Shown here: piece after piece, positions 43,400 to 57,066 of the stretch
How positions within the stretch are numbered: position 1 is the stretch's first letter
Layout of the letters: every line of letters starts with the position of its first letter
Assembly (NCBI GenBank): GCA_964016885.1
Contig: OZ024753.1
Coordinates: 3,472,001-3,536,000, forward strand
Origin: Eledone cirrhosa
Taxonomy: Eukaryota
Reading direction: 5' to 3'
Length of the DNA stretch: 64,000 nt
The notes under the pieces: generated by a model
What the model was told of the DNA's origin: nothing
The model's input: the letters and a program-made list of their open reading frames with translations, nothing else
The model's database searches: none
Position numbers and translations under genes: made by a program

Positions 43400-43790
43400 G
43401 TAGTGAAGATATGTTATAGATAGTGTAGTGGACGTATGCTATAGATAGTGTAGTGGACGTATGCTATAGATAGTGTAGTGGAGGTATGTTATAGATAGTG
43501 TAGTGAAGATATGTTATATATAGTGTAGTGGACGTATGCTATAGATAGTGTAGTGAAGATATGTTATAGATAGTGTAGTGGAGGTATGCTATAGATAGTG
43601 TAGTGGAGGTATGCTATAGATAGTGTAGTGAAGATATGTTATAGATAGTGTAGTGAAGATATGTTATAGATAGTGTAGTGAAGATATGTTATAGATAGTG
43701 TAGTGGAGGTATGCTATAGATAGTGTAGTGGACGTATGCTATAGATAGTGTAGTGGACGTATGCTATAGATAGTGTAGTTGACGTATGCT
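43400..43790. repeat. Minisatellite, 25-bp unit atagatagtgtagtgRASRtatgYt, about 16 copies
   Basis: Tandem units with three recurring variants and no unique spacers. Confidence 0.95.
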
Positions 43791-44424
43791 ACAGGCAGAG
43801 TTGTGGGCGTATGGTAGATAATGGTTGATACACGTGTCTTTGAGATCTAGTTGAAATGTAGTAAGGTTGTGGCGAAATGTTGACGGGCTGAGAGAAGGTT
43901 ATGTAGAGAAAATAGTGGAACTATGAGGGTAGTGTAGTGTCGGTTGTGGTGGTGGTGGTGGTGGTAGTAGGAGGGTGTTGGGAAGTAATGGTGAAGATGA
44001 AGTGAAGCGGTACTGAAGAAAACCTGGAGGTGTGAAATGGTGGACACATAGTATTTCGTGTTTAGATTGGAACACAATCAAAACACAGAACATCCGTACT
44101 AATTTTTAGTGTGATAAACATTTAGAAATTTAAGACAGATCCCCCCCCCCCTCTCACAGTTTCTCTCTCCGTTAATCTATCCAACTGTCTTTGCTTGCTT
44201 AGTGTCACATATAAATACATACTCTATTACAAACACACATACACGCACATATAAAAACATACTCTATCATAAAAACACACATACACCCACACATATAAAT
44301 AAATATATACATCATTTTAAACACGTAATTTTAAACACACAGTTTACAGTGTTTATTCCTACATATATTATATACATATATATATACATATATACATACA
44401 CACACACATATTTTATATATATAT

Positions 44425-44795
44425 ATATACTATAAAGTATGTCCATATAATCATTTGATAATACATATACACCATTTCCTCTCCCAATTAGCATAATCAA
44501 CCACACAAAAAAAAAACCCAATTAAACCAGGCTATAAGATTAAAAGGCACCTATGAAGAAATAGTGGATAGATAAACGACAGCCATCTATTCGCGGTCAA
44601 ATTTCTTCATATTTCTTTTAATCTTATAGCCTGGTTTAATTGGTTTTTTGTGTGGTTGATTATGCTAATTGGGTGAGGAAATTGTGTATATATATTATCA
44701 AATGATTCTATGGACATACTTTATAGTATATTGCTCTGATTATTTAATTTATTAATTCATCATTGAGCCACATCGTGAATGGTTGCCAAAACATA
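44425..44795 (+). mobile_element. Fold-back element with ~135-bp inverted arms and shared tail motif
   Basis: Arms ~44425-44562 and 44601-44731, followed by gctc...attgagc...tggttgcc. Confidence 0.65.
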
Positions 44796-44833
44796 TATAT
44801 CTGTGACTTTGCCTAGTTTGTGTATATGTAAAT

Positions 44834-44863
<30 letters not shown>

Positions 44864-44868
<5 letters not shown>

Positions 44869-45054
44869 AACCAGTAGGACCCCGACGGCCGGGCCCAAGC
44901 CTAAATCTAGATTTAGTCCAGAGTTGGCCGTCGGGGCGGCTTGGGCTCGGCCGTCGGGGTCCTACTCGTTTCTATTACCCACTCTACTACCCTAAGTATT
45001 GAGTACTTTGGTGCGTTATGGTCCACCTGGTTCCTTACCACATTTCCTTCGTTA
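44864..45054 (+). mobile_element. Family B copy with clustered A>G substitutions
   Basis: The tail is essentially identical to the 32332 copy, while the ribozyme region differs by 7 A>G. Confidence 0.85.
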
Positions 45055-45080
45055 TATATATATATATATATATACATATA

Positions 45081-45193
45081 TATAGGAAAAGAATCGGGGT
45101 GCTGACTCTTTTCCTATAACCCACTCTACTACCCTAAGTATTGAGTACTCTGGGGCGTTACGGTCCACCTGTTATCTTACCACATCCTCTTTG
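45081..45193 (+). mobile_element. Family B diverged copy with short fold-back
   Basis: tataggaaaaga/tcttttcctata arms, then acccactctactaccctaagtattgagtac. Confidence 0.8.
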
Positions 45194-45673
45194 ATATATA
45201 TATATTTCTAGGGGTTGGAGATTACAAAAAAAAAAAAAATTCAAGATACCACTCAATGAACACCTACATACACCCGAAAGGAAGCGGCAATGATACTTGA
45301 GATTTACACTTTGCATTCACAGCAGTGATTAATTCACTTATTGACACGGCATTGCCGTTCAGTTATGATTGTCTAGTCTAAACGTTATTCGACTGTCATG
45401 TTGAATAGTGGTTGATTATTCACAATTACTTTATAGCCAACTTGCCACTACTACTTTATTTTATGATATTTAACCTGTCACCGAAATTGTGTCTGTATAC
45501 GTGAGTGTGTATGCCCGTTTGCATGTGTACATCTTGGTATACTAAAGCATACTCTTAAAAAACATACATCTTTTATCAAAATATTATGCCTTTGTATTTC
45601 TATGCGTGTATATGTGTAAATGTTTTTGAACCTATGTCTGAGTGAGTGAGTGTGTGTATATGTGTGTGTGTGA

Positions 45674-45730
<57 letters not shown>

Positions 45731-46034
45731 GTGAGTGGTGTGTGTGTGTGTGTGAGTTTGTGAAAAAGGGAGATTGAAATTGGTTTGACCGATGATTATA
45801 ATTTTAGGCATGTATACAGTCAGACATTTACGGCACTAAGTCATCATCATCATCGTGGTTGACGTAATCGTCTTCTCCCTCCTCGTTCTCATCATCATCA
45901 TCATCGTCAACGTGATCTTTATCACTAGAGCTCAAAATGTTTATTCCACCTCAAAAGATGTATTTCTGGGTAGAAATCTTACAGTAATGGAGATTCTCCA
46001 AGAATTTCTGTCGATAACAGTCTGGCTTTCACAG

Positions 46035-46144
<110 letters not shown>

Positions 46145-46187
46145 CGTTCTAAAATCTCCACGTATAAAAGCCATATTTCTTTTTATG

Positions 46188-46241
46188 ACAGGCTGCTGAA
46201 AGAGTTGTGGTTAAACAGCCCAACGAAACTTAAATACCTGT
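46188..46241 (+). ncRNA. Degenerate hammerhead
   Basis: acagg-CTGCTGA-...gttg...caac-GAAAC-ttaa-ATA-cctgt, with two core changes. Confidence 0.45.
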
Positions 46242-46276
46242 ATATGTCACTGTTGTAACTAATTATCATTATGTGT

Positions 46277-46458
46277 GAATTGGCAGTATCAGTAGAGGGT
46301 TGGACGCCATACTTTCTAGCATAGTTACGTCCCTTTACAGTCTGAGTTCAAATCCCGCCTAGGTTAACTTTGCCTTTCATCCTTACGGGGTCGATAAAAT
46401 AAAGTACCAGTAATGTACTGCGTAATTGCTGGCCTTGTGCCTAAAGTAGAAACAATTA
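46277..46458 (+). mobile_element. Near full-length SINE, probable attatgtgtg TSD
   Basis: Direct match to the SINE at 11509. Confidence 0.9.
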
Positions 46459-46479
46459 TGTGTGTGTGTGTGTGTGTGT

Positions 46480-46567
<88 letters not shown>

Positions 46568-48194
46568 GGTCAGCTGACTCTGGAGCGCTACATGTAACAT
46601 TTAAGCTATTAACGTTTAGTACTTTAAAGGTGCACTGAACACTGCCTATCAACAGTGTTTAGTCCCTTACGGGTAAATGGGGTTCAGCAGGAACAGAAAA
46701 TATCATAAATATACTAAATTGATTGCAAATGAGCGACTTAAGATCAACCTTTGTTGTGGAAATTACTGAACACCTTTGAAGCAGAAAGAAGAGCTACATT
46801 TATAACTTCAAATGATAGATACATATATGACAGATCTCTTAGAAACACGCCTGCCAGGGGAAGCAGCTCAATAACAAGATGCTACACCACACCACACTAC
46901 ACTACACCAGATTACACCATGCCACACAATACTGCTGCACTACACCACGCCACGATACACTACACTACACCAGACTACACCACGCCACACTATACTGCTG
47001 CACTACACCACGCCACGATACACTACACTACACCACGCCACACTATACAGCACATCATGGTTTATACTGTTGTAACACCAAATTCCTCGGAACACCCTGA
47101 GACAAGAGTTATCAAGAAACCGATATGCAACGACTGAACAAACAACAAACAAACAAATTAGTTAATCATTTTTACTAAAATTTATTTTGCTAATTACTGC
47201 TTTTATAAAATTTCGTTAATTTTGTTTAATTTATTTAATTTTACTACAAGAATTTCGACATCAAAGCCGAGGAAGTTGTCTATACTATCCAGTTCTCTTG
47301 ATACAGCAGGAACTTAAAATCGGCTGAGGATTTTCTCAGTCGTTGGAGATTCTGTAGAAGACTGTTAGGCTACGGGCTGCAGAGCTCAATACTTATAAGC
47401 AGAGAGAGAATAGATTTATTTTCTCTCTCTCTTTCTCTCTCTCTCTTTCCAACCATTTTTATTTTCGCTGTTTATGTGTCATAATTATCTTCATGTTTGC
47501 ATTGTGTTTTGATATGTTACACTTTCGTACTTGTCGTTTTTGAATACATTTTCCATTTATTGTTGCCTATCTCCTTTCTCTTATTTGTTATATTTCTCAC
47601 TTTATTTGTACGTTATGCATGACTGCATCAATCATTGCTATTTCTTCTCTATACCAAACTGATCTTGCTTGATATATAATAAATCTTCTGTGTTTACTTC
47701 TATTAATCTTTTACCTAGCCACTTCAGGCACATAAGCACAATGTAGCCTGCGTGCATGTCTAATCTGACCAAATCTGAAATACCCTTCAACAGGCAAAGT
47801 GGTTTTCTTTCTTTTAAATCTCCTGGTTTTCTTAGATTTCTAAATTCTTTATTTTTTGTTTTATTCGTTTAAATATTTGATTTTTTAATAGACATAACGT
47901 GGTTGTCTTTCCAAACATTTTCCCTTTTTTTCCTGAAAGTTGTGAATTCGTTATTTTCGCCTATATGTGACACGCAATTTCGTTTTCCTTATTCGTTTTT
48001 GCACCCTCCCTGAGAAAACAATTATATATTGTACTATATTGAAACAAAAACTGACTTTAACATACAATCTTTGAACGTTGTCTCATTAGAAAATGTGCCT
48101 CCCAATATATATATATATATATATAGTCCTGAACTTTTCTGACGGAATTACTTCATTTTCACACACATATATATATATATATAATAATAATAAT

Positions 48195-48380
48195 AAATTT
48201 GAAGACTAAAATCCAAAGAGGGCTCGATAAGGATAAATATATATCAAATATATAAGAACCGTAGAGCAAATATTTATTAAAATAACAAATTGAAGTTTAA
48301 ACAAAGTTTTAGAAGATCCTGTTAAGGGTGAAACCACCGATTCTTTGCTTAAACTTTAATCTGTTATTTTAATAAATATA
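48195..48380 (-). mobile_element. Decayed fold-back element with tail motif
   Basis: Arms ~48270-48306 and 48343-48380 surround TAGAAGA-tcctgttaagggt-GAAAC. The minus-strand tail has gctc...atcgagc. Confidence 0.5.
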
Positions 48381-48467
48381 TATACATACATACTCAGGAT
48401 GTCCCTCAAAAATGGATACACACATTGATTACCAGTACAGGCAATATTTTGGGGGCACACTGTAAAT

Positions 48468-48539
<72 letters not shown>

Positions 48540-49052
48540 AATATACATGTAAAAAGGTAAACAAAAGCAACAAAATAAACGGCATATTACATGAAAGAAA
48601 TATATTTGTGTAACGCTTGAAAGAGCAGTATATATATATGCACACACATGGAAGAAGAAATATATATTAAGACAAAAGTATATATGAATTGTGAAAGAGA
48701 TTTACGCATTTGTCAAAATATTACCAACTAAATGGAATTGATATCTCAGGAAATTATAATATAATGAGTAAGATGAAGTTAAAAAGAAAACGAAAAATTC
48801 TAACAATATTAAAAATAATTTCTTCGGAGTGAATAAAGTAGCACACGCTTTTCAATTACCACAGTTACCGAAATTATTTCATTGCAAAATGTAGACCATG
48901 CAGACAGAAAATATCTATCTATCTATCTATTTATCTACCTCTATATCTATCTATCTCTATATCTATATATATCAATCATTCTATGTATGTATGTATGTAT
49001 GTATGTATGTATGTATGTATGTATGTATGTATGTATGTATGTATGTATGTAT

Positions 49053-49314
49053 GCTTTGTGCAGTGCCATTGCTCACTATAAAAGCTTCACGGCACAGGCA
49101 TTGCTTTATATCTGGAGATCTCTCTGCACTTGTCCTCACATGGTACCATGGGCCCAGCACTATGTGTCAGTAATTGTCACAAGTATAGTGTTTGTACCAG
49201 AGTTTTCAAGTCGCTGGCTGGACTAAAAAGTCACACTTGTTCAGTGCATCGGTAGGGGTTCTCCTACATGGATATAAAGTAGTGGCCGTACTCGAAAACG
49301 AGTTGGCAGCCACC
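49053..49314 (+). mobile_element. 5'-truncated family C retroposon inside (ATGT)n
   Basis: Matches the 3' 260 bp of 38182-38773, with ATGT repeats on both sides. Confidence 0.9.
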
Positions 49315-51594
49315 ATGTATGTATGTAATTATGTATGTATGTATGTATGTATGTATGTATGTATGTATGTATGTATGTATGTATGTATGTATGTATGTAT
49401 GTATGTATGTATCTATCTATCTATCTATCTATGTATCTGTTTGTCCTGTATATCTATATGTCTTTCTGTCGGTTCGTATATCTATCTATCTATCTATGTA
49501 TCTATCTATCTATCTGTATATCTGTCAATCGATCTACCTCTATGTATCTATCTGTTTGTCTCCCATCTTGCTTACATATATATAGAACTAAACAGAAGGA
49601 TATTTTTGGTCTCTTTAAGCCTACACAATCGTTCATCTTTCCCTCTCAATCAGCCTGTCTGTCCATCTATATATCTTCCTGTCAGTATATCTATCTACCT
49701 CTCTACATACACATTGTACAAAAAAACAAAGATATTTTCCGTCTCTTTAAGATATATATATATAGTATAATATAGGGCCAGAATAAATCCAAATCATTCC
49801 CTATCAACTTTTGCATTGTGTAAACACACAAGACACTACCAGAAGAATAAGTGCTGAGTGTGATATAGAAGACTGCAAATTTCGTTTTCCTCCAGGCCAG
49901 ATCGCATCAGCTATATTAAATATAAAAGTTTATAAGAAAAAAGATATTCCACTGCGTTGATTTGTCACGAGAATTTTGTGTTTACCGAGTAGATAAATCT
50001 TATGTCGCTGTCGCAAAATGGCGATTGGGAAAGGGACATGTCAACGAGCAAGGTGAACAGATAGAGAGACATTGGGGAATACATATTCTGAGTTTTTTTT
50101 TAAAAGGTTTTCTGGATAGTGTGAAAGAAGAGCAATACAGGACGAATTAAAGAAAGCAGAGCATCGGTATTGGTTTGTAACAGGAAAAAGCTCAGTTGAA
50201 GCTGAAAGTCTCATTCTTCACTTATTTAGTAAACACACTGATATTCATTATTCCCACATACTGTTCAATATTAAATGTAAGGTATGATTTTATATTATCT
50301 AGCAATAATTTAGCAATAAATCTCAGCAAGCAACGATATTGACTAATTATTTATAACTAGGATAAAAGGAAAAAATGTACAAGTATTCAACAGTTTATTT
50401 CATTAAAAAAATTGCTATCCATTTGCTCCTTGTTAATTCCAGCTCTTATGTAGATGCACACAAACACACACAAACACTCTCACAGACAAACACACACACA
50501 CAAACACACATATATATATATATATATTAAATAGATGTGTCTCGTAGTGAATTTGCTACCACAATTCGATATGTATATTAGCAGTAATACTTACACACAA
50601 GTATTACTATCCCATTATCTCTGATAATTTAATTAGTGAAAATCTAAAATCTATTTTTTTTTTATTTTCTGTGTTAACATTTTGTGAAAAAAAACATGCT
50701 ATAATCTAATTGACAATCAGTATACACACACACTCACATATAATAAATATACATGCATACAGACAGCAGATACAAAAGTTGAATTAAAATCTCCAAATAG
50801 CTATTCTTATAATAGATTTCTATTTCCGACAACTGAAAGCTTCTATTATTATAATAAAGAAATAATTACGCCGCAATTTCAAAAATAGTGATAGAAATAT
50901 TATTGTGGGAGAAATAAATCCGTGTTTATCGTTAACTGTTTTCATATTTTGTTAATACTATCATCAAACTTTCAAATATTTATTTTACTCACAAGCACAA
51001 TTATCGTTGTTGTTTAGCACGATCTCATCATTGAGAGAATAGACATAGGATGAAGGACATTGAAGTGGTGGCCAGTCCTACAAATATTTGTTAAATATAG
51101 TGTTGTTCCTATAACTATTCAAAATATCCTTGCACATTTCAAAACGTGAGGCTTGAATCATTGAACGAAATTCTTTGTCATTTTTAACCTTGCTCATTGG
51201 GTTTTAAGATTAAGTCATATCAATATCAAAATTTATCTTTCAGCATTAGTAATGCTGAAAGATACATTTCATAAGTAAAGTTACAGTCATGACATATGGA
51301 GTTGTGGAATCGCTAGTATATTGTACAATATACTTTGTGGTATTTTTTGCTTAGATACTTGTACGCTGAGATGAAATACCGCTGTAGACCATTAGTCTCT
51401 ATGGGGAAAAATTGAAGTACCAACATGTACAAAACCTCTTATCTAACCATGGATAGCATTAGCGAGATAAATGCTATATATATATATATATATATATTTA
51501 CACACACACATATATATATATATATATACATATTTACACACATATATATATAGGACGGCGAATTGGTAGGGTCGTTGGAACGTCGGATATATAT

Positions 51595-51638
<44 letters not shown>

Positions 51639-51666
51639 TAACAAAGCATAACAATATATATATATA

Positions 51667-51880
51667 TGTAAAAGGTAAACAGAAATAACAACCCAATCGG
51701 TACAGTATATGGAAGGAATATATTAGGTTAATGCTTGAAATAGCAGGAAGAGGGTCTTAACGTTTCGGACGCTAGTCCTTCACCAGAAGAAAGAATGAGA
51801 AATAAGATAGATTGAAGGGACAGGCGGGGTGGAATTGGAAAAAATGTCTTTAGAAAAAAATAAGAGGTCCATTCATGTTG
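51667..51880 (-). mobile_element. Penelope-like end with minimal hammerhead (51756-51789)
   Basis: Minus strand: ctt-CTGGTGA-a-ggac-tagc-gtcc-GAAACGTT-aag. The tail is shared with 48548-48630 and the inverted pair at 62656-62938. Confidence 0.65.
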
Positions 51881-53168
51881 ATATGTGGAAACATATTTTG
51901 AAGCCAATGTATTGATAGATGAGATTCGATCTCAGAGAACAGTTAGTAAACAATATAAAGAATACAGTAACTCGATTTGTCACCATAGTTATGCCCGGGT
52001 ATTAACTAAATACCACCGTGTCATTAACAAATGTTTAAGTATCTTCACTGAAAATAAAATCAATTACATTCTACCCATTAAGTGGGACATTTAATATATG
52101 CAAGACATTTCTTGAATTTTGCATAGAAATTTCACGACCTTCTCTATTTGCCTACTTTTCTAATTTACCTAAACAAAATAAATTGATGATGAAGATGAAG
52201 ATTAGCCGTTTTCTTTGTGCGAGAAAATTTTAAATTTTAACGATTTCACACACTTAATGACAGCTGCAGTATACTGTGAATGAAAGTCATTTAATTACGT
52301 TGCTTGAAATGGTCTTTATTCTAATTTAATTGTCTTTCTTTCGTTAACGGTGAAAACACACAAGCTTAACATCAGGCTTCAATTGTGTCAAAGATCAGTA
52401 TGACACTTGTCTGAAATAATATAGAACATATGATGAAAGAAACTATATCTTTCTATCACACATGACGGTTTTTAAAGTAAGACTACATAAGAATTTGAGG
52501 AAACGATTTGGACGGCAGTAATTGCTGCTGTTTTCCCTAACATTGGATGCTTTCACTTATTCATATATTGAAATTAATACAACCATAAGTATTCATTTAT
52601 TTATTTACGTATTCATATTTGTAGATGTTATGAATAAATAGTATTGTTAGACATAGAGGTTCAGCGGGGCAATTACTGTAGATTAACAAATGTGTGTCTT
52701 TACAACCCGACTGTGTTAAATATAAAAGGTTTTCCTCACCGATACGTACATATTTTTGCCTATATATACAGAATAAATATAAACAAATATACAAAGATAT
52801 GGCACTGAAACCTCTGCCTTTTTTTCTATGTGAAAATAGAAAAGTGACTGAAATGCTGCATTTGTGATTCTTCACGTCAAAATAGTGAAGCTAGTTGGTC
52901 TCACAATTGTAAAATCGTAGATTGGCTTTTATGGCAGGTTAGGACGCCGCATACTCGAACAATACACTTCATTTCACGTTTCTCCAGTTCACTCCTGAAA
53001 CAAATGTGTCTACGTAAATTAAGTAAGTTCTTATGTACCCACACTGAAAATAAGCAAAGCTGGGGTATGTATGTGAAGTAGGAGGCAATACAAATTGTAG
53101 ATCAAAGATTGTAAAACTGGGGGCCAAGTGAAAAGATAAGCAGTTGAATGAAACTGTGATAAACAGAA

Positions 53169-53214
<46 letters not shown>

Positions 53215-53229
53215 TATATATATATATAT

Positions 53230-53337
53230 ATACAAATATAAATTAGCAAGAATCGTATTTCGGCTATTGGAAATTAGCGAAAAACAACTTCCGAGATGTG
53301 TGGCAAGCGCTCAATAGATTCTAACGAACCAGAGCTA
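53230..53337 (-). mobile_element. TA-anchored tail element, second copy at 62390-62490 (+)
   Basis: Shared attgagcgcttgccacaca...gccgaaatacgattct sequence, carrying the gctc...attgagc motif. Confidence 0.7.
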
Positions 53338-53447
53338 CAATATGTGTTAAAAGGCCAAACACACTGAGACGATGGTTAAACCATTATCCGTACAGCCATA
53401 GAAACGACCAAGTAATTCGGGTCAAACAAATAAAAAAAATGTGATTG

Positions 53448-53478
<31 letters not shown>

Positions 53479-53948
53479 TATTGCGAGAGAAAGAGAGACA
53501 GTGATAGAGAGGGGGGGGGGAGACAAGGAAAAGGGTAGGGAGGAAGATATCCGTGCTGAGAGAATGACAGGTAAAGAAGCAGCAACAGATATAAAATGTA
53601 AAACAGAAGAGAAGTAGAGGAGAAAATAGACGTACAGCTAACGTGGCAGGAAGTTGAAAACATAAATAAGTCAGAAAGAACTTATGAGAGAGAGAAAGAC
53701 AGAGAGAGAGAAAGAGAGAGTGAGAGAGAGTGACGGTATGTTGAAAGAGAGTGAAAGGGAAGAGTGATAGAAAAGAAAGTAGGAAAATATGAGAATGTCA
53801 AGGATAAGAGACACATTACATAAATTGCGTTTTATTTTAGCACTACTATTTTAGTTGCTATGGAAACAAAACAATAGATGATACGATATGAAGAGAAACG
53901 TGTTATGTGCATTGAAATGTACGTCCGTATGTATTGTTTAAGTGTGTG

Positions 53949-53980
<32 letters not shown>

Positions 53981-54015
53981 GTGTGTGTATGAATGTGTGA
54001 ACTGCCAACTTACAT

Positions 54016-54050
<35 letters not shown>

Positions 54051-54089
54051 AACCTTGTTTATATATATATATATATATATATAAACCTT

Positions 54090-54126
<37 letters not shown>

Positions 54127-54246
54127 TAAGTTGGTAGTTTACACATACGTGTCTACATAGGCGACATATGTATGGCTATATTATATTCTATATTTGCATT
54201 TATATATACTTCTATCTATCTATCTCATTTACTCTCTTTCTCTCCT

Positions 54247-54277
<31 letters not shown>

Positions 54278-54416
54278 TATATATTAACAATATAGAATAT
54301 TACAACTTTGAAGATTCTCATAATGATACCTATTAGTAAATTTTGTACTGATTTAGGTGTTTTTCTCACCTGAAACCACTAGTAAGTTACCTCAAGCTGT
54401 TGATATGTTATATATA

Positions 54417-54592
54417 CGAGGGCAATCCCAAAAGTAAGGTCTCCTTCCGATATTGCAACTTTTCCGTTAAAATCCTGTGGATGATGCTTCGGGAAACCTC
54501 AGGAACCAAAATGCAGAGAGCATCCAGAGTGATCCACCGATCTTTACCCATGTTTTCCTCGGAAGGAGACCTTACTTTTGGGATTGCCCTCG
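54417..54592 (-). mobile_element. Internally deleted mariner (MITE-like) with TA TSD
   Basis: Perfect 34-bp terminal inverted repeat cgagggcaatcccaaaagtaaggtctccttccga. The inside encodes DRWITLDALCILVPEVSRSIIHRILTEKLQYRK, a mariner HTH region. Confidence 0.9.
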
Positions 54593-54594
54593 TA

Positions 54595-54810
54595 TATAAT
54601 AACTGCACAAAATTCGCACTTGGCGATAGCGTTCAACGGGAGCTCCATTCTCAACGGCTGTCAAGCCAAGATTAAGCATCCCAGCGAAGCGCGCCTATGC
54701 TTGTTTGGGAGTGAAGGAAGCACCAATCACAACAGTGTTGCCAACAGCCGAACGAACAGTTTCTCTGCGTCCCTATCGCTTTGGAGCCCTTACTTTTTGG
54801 ATTACCCTCG
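54595..54810 (-). mobile_element. 5' end of a related mariner (TIR plus transposase start)
   Basis: TIR cgagggtaatccaaaaagtaagggctcc at the right end, then MELPLNAIAKCEFCAVI resembling the mariner N-terminus (cE.RaVI). Confidence 0.75.
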
Positions 54811-55135
54811 TATATATAAATTTAGTAATAGGTATTATCATACGCTGGAAGACTCATAATTATATATATATATATATATATACACACAGAGATAGAAAGA
54901 GAGAGATAACGAGATACATAAACGCATTCGCCTGTGTTTGGTTCTATGGATGAAGCGATACCTGTGCATATAAATTCCAATAGATATTTGTTTTATATCT
55001 TCCTATCCATGTGCTTTGATGCGAACAGCACAATATGTATTCAAAAAGTTCTACTATTATATCAATATATATAATACTGCATCAAGGAGTTTAATAATAC
55101 GGTGATATCAATATGAGCTTTATATTAACATGGAT

Positions 55136-55211
<76 letters not shown>

Positions 55212-55458
55212 TGTATGTATGTATGTATGTATGTATGTATGTATGTATGTATGTATGTATGTATGTATATGTGTGTGTGTGTGTGTGTGTGTGCGTGTGC
55301 GTGTGCGTGTGTCCGTCCAGTCATGTTTGCGTTAGAAGTAAATAAGCAGAATATATTCTAACGGGTAGTGTATGTAATCATGTTAGGGTGAAATAACTTG
55401 TGTGAGTGTGTGTGTGAGAGATAGATAGATAGAGAGAGAATAAATGAATGCGAAGGAG

Positions 55459-55601
<143 letters not shown>

Positions 55602-56439
55602 CACGAATTGACAGGAACAATAATATGGAGTATGGTAAGGAATGATTGAATTGGAGAAAAATTAAGAGAGAAAAGAGTGATTTCAGGATGAGAACTGAAG
55701 AAAAATACGTAGGGAAATAAAGAGTAAAGGTGACATACAATAACATAATTATTTGAGGTAGGCAGGGGATGAGTGAGAAGAATTATTGAAAAATATTTAG
55801 AAATCTTAGAAGATTTCTCAAATTCATGAAGGGGAATGTAAAGGGAAGAAAGTAATAAAAATGAAGGAAATAATGAATGAAACAGTGAGAGGGTGAAAAA
55901 AAGAATATATATATATATATAAAAGAAAAAAAAAACTTGGAATAAATTGAAGAAAGGTGACCTTTGCAGAAGAAAGAACGGAAATTGTTGAAAAGAGACA
56001 GCATTATGGGAGACGTGTTTGAGAAAAATGCTGACATGTGTAGAATTTCATAAAATAATAAAAATGATGATGATGATGATGATGATGATGGTGGTGCTGA
56101 TGATGATTAAGATGGCGATGATGATGATGATGATGATGATGATGTGACAGAAGGGAGCATTAAAACAACTTTGCCGAGACAGAAATATTATAAAATTAGG
56201 TTATATTGTCAATACAATCAATAATAAATGTAATTTCTTGTGTTATATGTGTTTATAAATATATGTATTGGAAAGAACTAATTTAACTAGAAACAAATTG
56301 GAATAAATCGGTGAGATGTATGGAAGCACCAATAGCCAATACGAATGTGGTGGTAGTTGGCTGCATCTGCTTGATATAAGCAACAAAATCACCCTCAAAT
56401 TTCATTTTACAGTCTGGAAATAAAGGAACGGAATATTTG

Positions 56440-57066
56440 GGGATGGGTGTGCATAGTCAAATATTTGGGTGTAGATGTGTGTAGCCAAATATTTGAGGGT
56501 AGATGTGTGTAGTTAAATATTTGAGGGTAGATATGTGTAATCAGATATGTTGAGGTAGATGTGGGTAGTCAAATATTTGAATATTTGAGGGTAGATGTGT
56601 GTAGTCAAATATTTGAGGGTAGATGTGTGTAGTCAAATACTTGTGGGTAGATGTGTTTAGTCAGATATTTGAGGGTAGATGTGTGTAGTCAAATACTTGT
56701 GGGTAGATGTGTTTAGTCAGATATTTGAGGGTAGATGTGTGTAGTCAAATACTTGTGGGTAGATGTGCTTAGTCAGATATTTAAGGATAGATGTGTTTAG
56801 TCAGATATTTGAAGGTAGATGTGTGTAGTCAGAAATTTGTGGGTAGATGTGTGTAGTCAGATATTTGTGGGTAGATGTATGTAGTCAAATATTTGAGGGT
56901 AGATGTGGGTAGTCAAATATTCGAGGGTAGATGTGGGTAGTCAAATATTCGAGGCTAGATGTCAAATATTGAGGGTAGATTTATGTAGTCAGATAGGTGT
57001 GGGTAGATGTGTTTAGTCAGATATTTGAGTAAATGTGTAGCCAAATATTTGAGGGTAGATGTGTGT
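56440..57066. repeat. Minisatellite, 28-bp unit gagggtagatgtgtgtagtcaaatattt, about 21-22 copies
   Basis: Tandem units visible directly. Confidence 0.95.

Noticed and set aside
43400-43790. Regular 25-bp array as a possible CRISPR
   Set aside because: The units are directly tandem with no unique spacers, the context is eukaryotic and there are no cas genes.
51235-51263. Perfect 14-bp palindrome atctttcagcatta-g-taatgctgaaagat
   Set aside because: It is isolated, with no TA flanks, tail motif or ribozyme, so it is probably a local template-switch event.
56440-57066. 28-bp array as a possible CRISPR
   Set aside because: It is a plain minisatellite with no spacers.
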